A DNA stretch of 64,000 bases from Eledone cirrhosa (Eukaryota): contig OZ024741.1 of assembly GCA_964016885.1 (NCBI GenBank), positions 401,140,001 through 401,204,000 on the forward strand, written 5' to 3'. Positions 1 to 12,780 of the stretch are shown here, one piece after another. Every line of letters begins with the position of its first letter. Within the stretch, counting starts at the first letter, position 1. The position numbers and the translations under genes were made by a program. The notes under the pieces are model-generated. The model was given only the letters and a program-made list of their open reading frames with translations. It made no database searches and had not been told where the DNA came from.

Positions 1-1849
1 AATATGACCCTCCCCAAACAGTGAGTTTGTTTTACTATTTTTGGCAATATTATAACAGTATGTCCCTCCCCAAACAGTGAGTGTGTTTAACTATTTTTTG
101 CAATATAATAACAATAAGACCCTCCCCAAACAGTGAGTGTGTTTTACTATTTTTGGCAATATTATAACAATATGACCCTCCCCAAACGGTGAGTGTGTTT
201 TACTATTTTTGGTTATATTATAACAATATGACTCTCCCCAAACAGTGAGTGTGTTTTACTATTTTTGGCAATATTATAACAGTATGACCCTCCCCAAACA
301 GTGTGTGTGTTTAACTATTTTTTGCAATATAATAACAATAAGACCCTCCCCAAACAGTGAGTGTGTTTTACTATTTTTGGCAATATTATAACAATATGAC
401 CCTACCCAAACAGTGAGTGTGTTTTACTATTTTTGGCAATATAATAACAATATGACCCTCCCCAAACATTGAGTGTGTTTTATTATTTTTTGCAATATTA
501 TAACAATATGACCCTCCCCAGACAGTGAGTGTGTTTTACTATTTTTGGCAATATTATAACAATATGACTCTCCTTAAACAGTGAGTGTGTTTTACTATTT
601 TTGGCAATATTATGACAATATGACCCTACACAAACAGTGAGTGTTTTTTACTATTTTTGGTAATATTATAACAATATGACCCTCCCAAAACTGAGTGTGT
701 TTTACTATTTTTGGCAATATTATAACAATATGACTCTCCTTAAACAGTGAGTGTGTTTTACTATTTTTGGCAATATTATGACAATATGACCCTACACAAA
801 CAGTGAGTGTGTTTGACTATTTTTGGCAATATTATAACAATATGATCCTCCCCAAACAGTGTGTGTGTTTTACTTGTTTTCGCAATATTATAATAATATG
901 ACTCTCCCCAAACAGTGAGTGTGTTTTACAATTTTTGGCGATATTATAACAATATGACCCTCCCCAAACAGTGAGTGTGTTTTACTATTTTGGGAAATAT
1001 TATAACCATATCACCCTCCCCAAACAGTGAGTGTGTTTTACTATTTTTCACAATATTATAACAATATGACTCTCCCCAAACAGTGAGTGTGTTTTAGTAT
1101 TTTTGGCAATATTATAAGAATATGACCCTCCCAAAATAGTGAGTGTGTTTTACTATTTTTAGTAATATTATAATAAAATCACCTTACATAAACAGTGAGT
1201 GTGATTTACTATTTTTGGCAATATTATAAACATATGACCCTCCCCAAACAGTGAGTTTGTTTTACTATTTTTGGCAATATTATAACAATATGACGCTCCC
1301 CAAACAGTGAGTGTGTTTTACTATTTTTGGTAATATTATAACAATATGTCCCTACACAAACAGTGAGTGTGTTTTACTATTTGTTGCAATATTATAACCA
1401 TATGACCCTCCCCAAACAGTGAGTTTGTTTTACTATTTTTGGCAATATTATAACAATATGACCCTCTCCAAAGAGTGAGTGTGTTTTACTATTTTTGGCA
1501 ATATTATAACAATATGAGCCTACCCAAACAGTGAGTGTGTTTTACTACTTTTGCTAATATTATAACAATATGTCCCTCCTCAAACAGTGAGTGTGTTTTA
1601 CTATTTTTCGCAATATTATAACAATATGACCCTCCCCAGACTGTGAGTGTGTTTTAGTATTTTTGGCAATATTATAACAATATGACCCTCCCCAAACAGT
1701 GAGTGTGTTTTACTATTTGTGGCAATATTATAACAATATGACCCTCCCCAAACAGTCAGTGTGTTTTACTATTTTTGGCAATATTATAACAATATGACCC
1801 TCCCCAGACAGTGAGTGTGTTTTACTATTTTTGGCAATATTATAACAAT

Positions 1850-4800
1850 ATGACCCTCCCGAAACAGTGAGTGTGCTTTACTATTTTTGGTTATATTATA
1901 ACAATATGACGCTACCCAAACAGTGAGTGTGTTTTACTATTTTTGGCAATATTATAACAATATGACCCTCCCCAAACAGTGAGTTTGTTTTACTATTTTT
2001 GGCAATATTATAACAGTATGTCCCTCCCCAAACAGTGAGTGTGTTTAACTATTTTTTGCAATATAATAACAATAAGACCCTCCCCAAACAGTGAGTGTGT
2101 TTTACTATTTTTGGCAATATTATAACATTATGACCCTACCCAAACAGTGAGTGTGTTTTACTATTTTTGGCAATATTATAACAATATGACCCTCCCCAAA
2201 CGGTGAGTGTGTTTTACTATTTTTGGTTATATTATAACAATATGACTCTCCCCAAACAGTGAGTGTGTTTTACTATTTTTGGCAATATTATAACAGTATG
2301 ACCCTACCCAAACAGTGTGTGTGTTTAACTATTTTTTGCAATATAATAACAATAAGACCCTCCCCAAACAGTGAGTGTGTTTTACTATTTTTGGCAATAT
2401 TATAACAATATGACCCTACCCAAACAGTGAGTGTGTTTTACTATTTTTGGCAATATAATAACAATATGACCCTCCCCAAACAGTGAGTGTGTTTTATTAT
2501 TTATTGCAATATTATAACAATATGACCCTCCCCAGAACGTGAGTGTGTTTTACTATTTTTGGCAATATTATAACAATATGACTCTCCTTAATCAGTGAGT
2601 GTGTTTTACTATTTTTGGCAATATTATGACAATATGACCCTACACAAACAGTGAGTGTTTTTTACTATCTTTGGTAATATTATAACAATATGACCATCCC
2701 AAAACAGTGAGTGTGCTTTACTATTTTTGGCAATATTATAACAATATGACTCTCCTTAAACAGTGAGTGTGTTTTACTATTTTTGGCAATATTATGACAA
2801 TATGACCCTACACAAAAAGGGAGTTATTTTTACTATTTTTGGCAATATTATAACAATATGACTCTCCGCAACTAGTGAGTGTATTTTACTATTCTTGGCA
2901 ATATTAGGGCAACATGACCCTCCCCAAACAGTGAATGTGTTTTACTATATTTGGCAATATTATAACAATATGAAACTCCCCAATCAGTAAGTGTGTTTAA
3001 CTATTTTTTGCAATATAATAACAATATGACCCACCACAAACAGTGAGTGTGTTTTAGTATTTTTGGCCATATTATAATAATATGACGCTACCCAAACAGT
3101 GAGTGTGTTTTACTATTTTTGGCAATATTATAACAATATGACCCTCCCCAAACAGTGAGTTTGTTTTACTATTTTTCGCAATATTATAACAATATGACTC
3201 TCCCCAAACAGTGAGTGTGTTTTACTATTTTTGGTTATATTATAACAATATGACTCTCCACAAACAGTGAGTGCGTTTTACTATTTTTGGCAATATTATA
3301 ACAGTATGATCCTCCCCAAACAGTGAGTGTGTTTTACTATTTTTGGCAATATTATAACAATATGACCCTACCCAAACAGTGAGTGTGTTTTAGTATTTTT
3401 GGCAATATTATAACAATGTGACCCTCCCCAATCAGTGAGTGTGTTTAACTATTTATTGCAATATAACAACAATATGACCCTCCACAAACAGTGAGTGTGT
3501 TTTAGTATTTTTGGCAATATTATAATAATATGACGCTACCCAAACAGTGAGTGTGTTTTACTATTTTTGGCAATATTATAACAATATGACCCTCCCCAAA
3601 CAGTGAGTTTGTTTTACTATTTTTGGCAATATTATAACAGTATGTCCCTCCCCAAACAGTGAGTGTGTTTAACTATTTTTTGCAATATAATAACAATAAG
3701 ACCCTCCCCAAACAGTGAGTGTGTTTTACTATTTTTGGCAATATTATAACAATATGACCCTCCCCAAACAGTGAGTGTGTTTTACTATTTTGGGCAATAT
3801 TATAACAATATGACCCTACCCAAACAGTGAGTGTGTTTTACTATTTTTGGCAATATTATAACAATATGACCCTCCCCAAACGGTGAGTGTGTTTTACTAT
3901 TTTTGGTTATATTATAACAATATGACTCTCCCCAAACAGTGAGTGTGTTTTACTATTTTTGGCAATATTATAACAGTATGACCCTCCCCAAACAGTGTGT
4001 GTGTTTAACTATTTTTTGCAATATAATAACAATAAGACCCTCCCCAAACAGTGAGTGTGTTTTACTATTTTTGGCAATATTATAACAATATGACCCTCCC
4101 CAAACAGTGAGTTTGTTTTACTATTTTTCGCAATATTATAACAATATGACTCTCCCCAAACAGTGAGTGTGTTTTACTATTTTTGGTTATATTATAACTA
4201 TATGACTCTCCACAAACAGTGAGTGCGTTTTACTATTTTTGGCAATATTATAACAGTATGACCCTCCCCAAACAGTGAGTGTGTTTTACTATTTTTGGCA
4301 ATATTATAACAATATGACCCTCCCCAAACAGTGAGTGTGTTTTACTATTTTTGGCAATATTATAACAATATGACCCTACCCAAACAGTGAGTGTGTTTTA
4401 GTATTTTTGGCAATATTATAGCAATGTGACCCTCCCCAATCAGTGAGTGTGTTTAACTATTTATTGCAATATAACAACAATATGACCCTCCACAAACAGT
4501 GAGTGTGTTTTAGTATTTTCGGCAATATTATAATAATATGACGCTACCCAAACAGTGAGTGTGTTTACTATTTTTGGCAATATTATAACAATATGACCCT
4601 CCCCAAACAGTGAGTTTGTTTTACTATTTTTGGCAATATTATAACAGTATGTCCCTCCCCAAACAGTGAGTGTGTTTAACTATTTTTTGCAATATAATAA
4701 CAATAAGACCCTCCCCAAACAGTGAGTTTTTTTTACTATTTTTGGCAATATTATAACAATATGACCCTACCCAAACAGTGAGTGTGTTTTACTATTTTTG

Positions 4801-7800
4801 GCAATATTATAACAATATGACCCTCCCTAAACGGTGAGTGTGTTTTACTATTTTTGGTTATATTATAACAATATGACTCTCCCCAAACAGTGAGTGTGTT
4901 TTACTATTTTTGGCAATATTATAACAGTATGACCCTCCCCAAACAGTGTGTGTGTTTAACTATTTTTTGCAATATAATAACAATAAGACCCTCCCCAAAC
5001 AGTGAGTGTGTTTTACTATTTTTGGCAATATTATAACAATATGACCCTACCCAAACAGTGAGTGTGTTTTACTATTTTTGGCAATATAATAACAATATGA
5101 CCCTCCCCAAACAGTGAGTGTGTTTTATTATTTTTTGCAATATTATAACAATATGACCCTCCCCAGACAGTGAGTGTGTTTTACTATTTTTGGCAATATT
5201 ATAACAATATGACTCTCCTTAAACAGTGAGTGTGTTTTACTATTTTTGGCAATATTATGACAATATGACCCTACACAAAGAGTGAGTGTTTTTTACTATC
5301 TTTGGTAATATTATAACAATATGACCCTCCCAAAACAGTGAGTGTGCTTTACTATTTTTGGCAATATTATAACAATATGACTCTCCTTAAACAGTGAGTG
5401 TGTTTTACTATTTTTGGCAATATTATGACAATATGACCCTACACAAAAAGGGAGTTATTTTTACTATTTTTGGCAATATTATAACAATATGACTCTCCGC
5501 AACTAGTGAGTGTATTTTACTATTCTTGGCAATATTAGGGCAACATGACCCTCCCCAAACAGTGAATGTGTTTTACTATATTTGGCAATATTATAACAAT
5601 ATGAAACTCCCTAATCAGTAAGTGTGTTTAACTATTTTTTGCAATATAATAACAATATGACCCACCACAAACAGTGAGTGTGTTTTAGTATTTTTGGCCA
5701 TATTATAATAATATGACGCTACCCAAACAGTGAGTGTGTTTTACTATTTTTGGCAATATTATAACAATATGACCCTCCCCAAACAGTGAGTTTGTTTTAC
5801 TATTTTTCGCAATATTATAACAATATGACTCTCCCCAAACAGTGAGTGTGTTTTACTATTTTTGGTTATATTATAACAATATGACTCTCCACAAACAGTG
5901 AGTGCGTTTTACTATTTTTGGCAATATTATAACAGTATGACCCTCCCCAAACAGTGAGTGTGTTTTACTATTTTTGGCAATAATATAACAATATGACCCT
6001 CCCCAAACAGTGAGTGTGTTTTACTATTTTTGGCAATATTATAACAATATGACCCTACCCAAACAGTGAGTGTGTTTTAGTATTTTTGGCAATATTATAA
6101 CAATGTGACCCTCCCCAATCAGTGAGTGTGTTTAACTATTTATTGCAATATAACAACAATATGACCCTCCACAAACAGTGAGTGTGTTTTAGTATTTTTG
6201 GCAATATTATAATAATATGACGCTACCCAAACAGTGAGTGTGTTTTACTATTTTTGGTTATATTATAACAATATGACTCTCCCCAAACAGTGAGTGTGTT
6301 TTACTATTTTTGGCAATATTATAACAGTATGTCCCTCCCCAAACAGTGAGTGTGTTTAACTATTTTTGGCAATATTATAACAATATGACCCTCCCCAAAC
6401 GGTGAGTGTGTTTTACTATTTTTGGTTATATTATAACAATATGACTCTCCCCAAACAGTGAGTGTGTTTTACTATTTTTGGCAATATTATAACAGTATGA
6501 CCCTCCCCAAACAGTGTGTGTGTTTAACTATTTTTTGCAATATAATAACAATAAGACCCTCCCCAAACAGTGAGTGTGTTTTACTATTTTTGGCAATATT
6601 ATAACAATATGACCCTACCCAAACAGTGAGTGTGTTTTACTATTTTTGGCAATATAATAACAATATGACCCTCCCCAAACAGTGAGTGTGTTTTATTATT
6701 TTTTGCAATATTATAACAATATGACCCTCCCCAGACAGTGAGTGTGTTTTACTATTTTTGGCAATATTATAACAATATGACTCTCCTTAAACAGTGAGTG
6801 TGTTTTACTATTTTTGGCAATATTATGACAATATGACCCTACACAAACAGTGAGTGTGTTTGACTATTTTTGGCAATATTATAACAATATGATCCTCCCC
6901 AAACAGTGTGTGTGTTTTACTTGTTTTCGCAATATTATAATAATATGACTCTCCCCAAACAGTGAGTGTGTTTTACAATTTTTGGCGATATTATAACAAT
7001 ATGACCCTCCCCAAACAGTGAGTGTGTTTTACTATTTTGGGAAATATTATAACCATATCACCCTCCCCAAACAGTGAGTGTGTTTTACTATTTTTCACAA
7101 TATTATAACAATATGACTCTCCCCAAACAGTGAGTGTGTTTTACTATTTTTGGCAATATTATAACAATATGACGCTCCCCAAACAGTGAGTGTGTTTTAC
7201 TATTTTTGGCAATATTATAACAATATGAGCCTACCCAAACAGTGAGTGTGTTTTACTATTTTTGGTAATATTATAACAATATGTCCCTACACAAAGAGTG
7301 AGTGTGTTTTACTATTTTTGGCAATATTATAACAATATGACCCTCCCGAAACAGTGAGTGTGCTTTACTATTTTTGGTTATATTATAACAATATGACGCT
7401 ACCCAAACAGTGAGTGTGTTTTACTATTTTTGGCAATATTATAACAATATGACCCTCCCCAAACAGTGAGTTTGTTTTACTATTTTTGGCAATATTATAA
7501 CAGTATGTCCCTCCCCAAACAGTGAGTGTGTTTAACTATTTTTTGCAATATAATAACAATAAGACCCTCCCCAAACAGTGAGTGTGTTTTACTATTTTTG
7601 GCAATATTATAACAATATGACCCTACCCAAACAGTGAGTGTGTTTTACTATTTTTGGCAATATTATAACAATATGACCCTCCCCAAACGGTGAGTGTGTT
7701 TTACTATTTTTGGTTATATTATAACAATATGACTCTCCCCAAACAGTGAGTGTGTTTTACTATTTTTGGCAATATTATAACAGTATGACCCTCCCCAAAC

Positions 7801-10800
7801 AGTGTGTGTGTTTAACTATTTTTTGCAATATAATAACAATAAGACCCTCCCCAAACAGTGAGTGTGTTTTATTATTTTTTGCAATATTATAACAATATGA
7901 CCCTCCCCAGACCGTGAGTGTGTTTTACTATTTTTGGCAATATTATAACAATATGACTCTCCTTAATCAATGAGTGTGTTTTACTATTTTTGGCAATATT
8001 ATGACAATATGACCCTACACAAACAGTGAGTGTTTTTTACTATCTTTGGTAATATTATAACAATATGACCATCCCAAAACAGTGAGTGTGCTTTACTATT
8101 TTTGGCAATATTATAACAATATGACTCTCCTTAAACAGTGAGTGTGTTTTACTATTTTTGGCAATATTATGACAATATGACCCTACACAAAAAGGGAGTT
8201 ATTTTTACTATTTTTGGCAATATTATAACAATATGACTCTCCGCAACTAGTGAGTGTATTTTACTATTCTTGGCAATATTAGGGCAACATGACCCTCCCC
8301 AAACAGTGAATGTGTTTTACTATATTTGGCAATATTATAACAATATGAAACTCCCCAATCAGTAAGTGTGTTTAACTATTTTTTGCAATATAATAACAAT
8401 ATGACCCACCACAAACAGTGAGTGTGTTTTAGTATTTTTGGCCATATTATAATAATATGACGCTACCCAAACAGTGAGTGTGTTTTACTATTTTTGGCAA
8501 TATTATAACAATATGACCCTCCCCAAACAGTGAGTTTGTTTTACTATTTTTCGCAATATTATAACAATATGACTCTCCCCAAACAGTGAGTGTGTTTTAC
8601 TATTTTTGGTTATATTATAACAATATGACTCTCCACAAACAGTGAGTGCGTTTTACTATTTTTGGCAATATTATAACAGTATGATCCTCCCCAAACAGTG
8701 AGTGTGTTTTACTATTTTTGGCAATATTATAACAATATGACCCTACCCAAACAGTGAGTGTGTTTTAGTATTTTTGGCAATATTATAACAATGTGACCCT
8801 CCCCAATCAGTGAGTGTGTTTAACTATTTATTGCAATATAACAACAATATGACCCTCCACAAACAGTGAGTGTGTTTTAGTATTTTTGGCAATATTATAA
8901 TAATATGACGCTACCCAAACAGTGAGTGTGTTTTACTATTTTTGGCAATATTATAACAATATGACCCTCCCCAAACAGTGAGTTTGTTTTACTATTTTTG
9001 GCAATATTATAACAGTATGTCCCTCCCCAAACAGTGAGTGTGTTTAACTATTTTTTGCAATATAATAACAATAAGACCCTCCCCAAACAGTGAGTGTGTT
9101 TTACTATTTTTGGCAATATTATAACAATATGACCCTCCCCAAACAGTGAGTGTGTTTTACTATTTTTGGCAATATTATAACAATATGACCCTCCCCAAAC
9201 GGTGAGTGTGTTTTACTATTTTTGGTTATATTATAACAATATGACTCTCCCCAAACAGTGAGTGTGTTTTACTATTTTTGGCAATATTATAACAGTATGA
9301 CCCTCCCCAAACAGTGTGTGTGTTTAACTATTTTTTGCAATATAATAACAATAAGACCCTCCCCAAACAGTGAGTGTGTTTTACTATTTTTGGCAATATT
9401 ATAACAATATGACCCTCCCCAAACAGTGAGTTTGTTTTACTATTTTTCGCAATATTATAACAATATGACTCTCCCCAAACAGTGAGTGTGTTTTACTATT
9501 TTTGGTTATATTATAACTATATGACTCTCCACAAACAGTGAGTGCGTTTTACTATTTTTGGCAATATTATAACAGTATGACCCTCCCCAAACAGTGAGTG
9601 TGTTTTACTATTTTTGGCAATATTATAACAATATGACCCTCCCCAAACAGTGAGTGTGTTTTACTATTTTTGGCAATATTATAACAATATGACCCTACCC
9701 AAACAGTGAGTGTGTTTTAGTATTTTTGGCAATATTATAGCAATGTGACCCTCCCCAATCAGTGAGTGTGTTTAACTATTTATTGCAATATAACAACAAT
9801 ATGACCCTCCACAAACAGTGAGTGTGTTTTAGTATTTTTGGCAATATTATAATAATATGACGCTACCCAAACAGTGAGTGTGTTTACTATTTTTGGCAAT
9901 ATTATAACAATATGACCCTCCCCAAACAGTGAGTTTGTTTTACTATTTTTGGCAATATTATAACAGTATGTCCCTCCCCAAACAGTGAGTGTGTTTAACT
10001 ATTTTTTGCAATATAATAACAATAAGACCCTCCCCAAACAGTGAGTTTTTTTTACTATTTTTGGCAATATTATAACAATATGACCCTACCCAAACAGTGA
10101 GTGTGTTTTACTATTTTTGGCAATATTATAACAATATGACCCTCCCTAAACGGTGAGTGTGTTTTACTATTTTTGGTTATATTATAACGATATGACTCTC
10201 CCCAAAGAGTGAGTGTGTTTTACTATTTTTGGCAATATTATAACAGTATGACCCTCCCCAAACAGTGTGTGTGTTTAACTATTTTTTGCAATATAATAAC
10301 AATAAGACCCTCCCCAAACAGTGAGTGTGTTTTACTATTTTTGGCAATATTATAACAATATGACCCTACCCAAACAGTGAGTGTGTTTTACTATTTTTGG
10401 CAATATAATAACAATATGACCCTCCCCAAACAGTGAGTGTGTTTTATTATTTTTTGCAATATTATAACAATATGACCCTCCCCAGACAGTGAGTGTGTTT
10501 TACTATTTTTGGCAATATTATAACAATATGACTCTCCTTAAACAGTGAGTGTGTTTTACTATTTTTGGCAATATTATGACAATATGACCCTACACAAACA
10601 GTGAGTGTTTTTTACTATCTTTGGTAATATTATAACAATATGACCCTCCCAAAACAGTGAGTGTGCTTTACTATTTTTGGCAATATTATAACAATATGAC
10701 TCTCCTTAAACAGTGAGTTTGTTTTACTATTTTTGGCAATATTATGACAATATGACCCTACACAAAAAGGGAGTTATTTTTACTATTTTTGGCAATATTA

Positions 10801-12780
10801 TAACAATATGACTCTCCGCAACTAGTGAGTGTATTTTACTATTCTTGGCAATATTAGGGCAACATGACCCTCCCCAAACAGTGAATGTGTTTTACTATAT
10901 TTGGCAATATTATAACAATATGAAACTCCCTAATCAGTAAGTGTGTTTAACTATTTTTTGCAATATAATAACAATATGACCCACCACAAACAGTGAGTGT
11001 GTTTTAGTATTTTTGGCCATATTATAATAATATGACGCTACCCAAACAGTGAGTGTGTTTTACTATTTTTGGCAATATTATAACAATATGACCCTCCCCA
11101 AACAGTGAGTTTGTTTTACTATTTTTCGCAATATTATAACAATATGACTCTCCCCAAACAGTGAGTGTGTTTTACTATTTTTGGTTATATTATAACAATA
11201 TGACTCTCCACAAACAGTGAGTGCGTTTTACTATTTTTGGCAATATTATAACAGTATGACCCTCCCCAAACAGTGAGTGTGTTTTACTATTTTTGGCAAT
11301 ATTATAACAATATGACCCTACCCAAACAGTGAGTGTGTTTTAGTATTTTTGGCAATATTATAACAATGTGACCCTCCCCAAACAGAGAGTGTGTTTTAAT
11401 ATTTTTGGCAACATTATAACAATATGTCCCTACACAAACAGTGAGTGTGTTTTACTATTTTTGGCAATATTATAACCATATGACCCTCCCCAAACAGTGA
11501 GTGTGTTTTACTATTTTTGGCAATATTATAACAATATGACCCTACCCAAACAGTGAGTGTGTTTTAGTATTTTTGGCAATATTATAACAATGTGACCCTC
11601 CCCAATCAGTGAGTGTGTTTAACTATTTATTGCAATATAACAACAATATGACCCTCCACAAACAGTGAGTGTGTTTTAGTATTTTTGGCAATATTATAAT
11701 AATATGACGCTACCCAAACAGTGAGTGTGTTTTACTATTTTTGGTTATATTATAACAATATGACTCTCCCCAAACAGTGAGTGTGTTTTACTATTTTTGG
11801 CAATATTATAACAGTATGTCCCTCCCCAAACAGTGAGTGTGTTTAACTATTTTTGGCAATATTATAACAATATGACCCTCCCCAAACGGTGAGTGTGTTT
11901 TACTATTTTTGGTTATATTATAACAATATGACTCTCCCCAAACAGTGAGTGTGTTTTACTATTTTTGGCAATATTATAACAGTATGACCCTCCCCAAACA
12001 GTGTGTGTATTTAACTATTTTTTGCAATATAATAACAATAAGACCCTCCCCAAACAGTGAGTGTGTTTTACTATTTTTGGCAATATTATAACAATATGAC
12101 CCTACCCAAACAGTGAGTGTGTTTTACTATTTTTGGCAATATAATAACAATATGACCCTCCCCAAACAGTGAGTGTGTTTTATTATTTTTTGCAATATTA
12201 TAACAATATGACCCTCCCCAGACAGTGAGTGTGTTTTACTATTTTTGGCAATATTATAACAATATGACTCTCCTTAAACAGTGAGTGTGTTTTACTATTT
12301 TTGGCAATATTATGACAATATGACCCTACACAAACAGTGAGTGTGTTTGACTATTTTTGGCAATATTATAACAATATGATCCTCCCCAAACAGTGTGTGT
12401 GTTTTACTTGTTTTCGCAATATTATAATAATATGACTCTCCCCAAACAGTGAGTGTGTTTTACAATTTTTGGCGATATTATAACAATATGACCCTCCCCA
12501 AACAGTGAGTGTGTTTTACTATTTTGGGAAATATTATAACCATATCACCCTCCCCAAACAGTGAGTGTGTTTTACTATTTTTCACAATATTATAACAATA
12601 TGACTCTCCCCAAACAGTGAGTGTGTTTTACTATTTTTGGCAATATTATAACAATATGACGCTCCCCAAACAGTGAGTGTGTTTTACTATTTTTGGCAAT
12701 ATTATAACAATATGAGCCTACCCAAACAGTGAGTGTGTTTTACTATTTTTGGTAATATTATAACAATATGTCCCTACACA
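1850..12780 (+). repeat. Higher-order duplication with period about 5.3-5.5 kb (95-98 monomers), built from two related halves of about 2.6-2.7 kb
   Basis: Private markers at offset 5319 (95x56-1): ATTATAACTA 4191/9510, GCAATGTGAC 4421/9740, 1-bp deletion GTGTTTACTA 4561/9880, CCCTCCCTAA 4821/10140. Offset 5375 upstream (TGACCATCCC 2691/8066) and 5487 downstream (GATCCTCCCC 6891/12378). Boundaries are approximate. Confidence 0.85.

Noticed and set aside
8-15. G-quadruplex or i-motif from consensus CCCTCCCC
   Set aside because: Only two runs per monomer with 48 nt to the next pair, which does not fit a canonical intramolecular G4; only the expanded poly-C sites are plausible.
2904-2909. Telomeric motifs TTAGGG, TTAGGC and TTAGG in variant monomers
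   Set aside because: Always single copies within a monomer variant and never tandem, so not interstitial telomeric arrays.
4562-4568. Forkhead-like motifs (TGTTTAC at 4562 and 9881; TGTTTGAC and CAAACA variants) and TATA-like TATAA in each monomer
   Set aside because: Short AT-rich motifs expected by chance; no binding or promoter evidence in the sequence.
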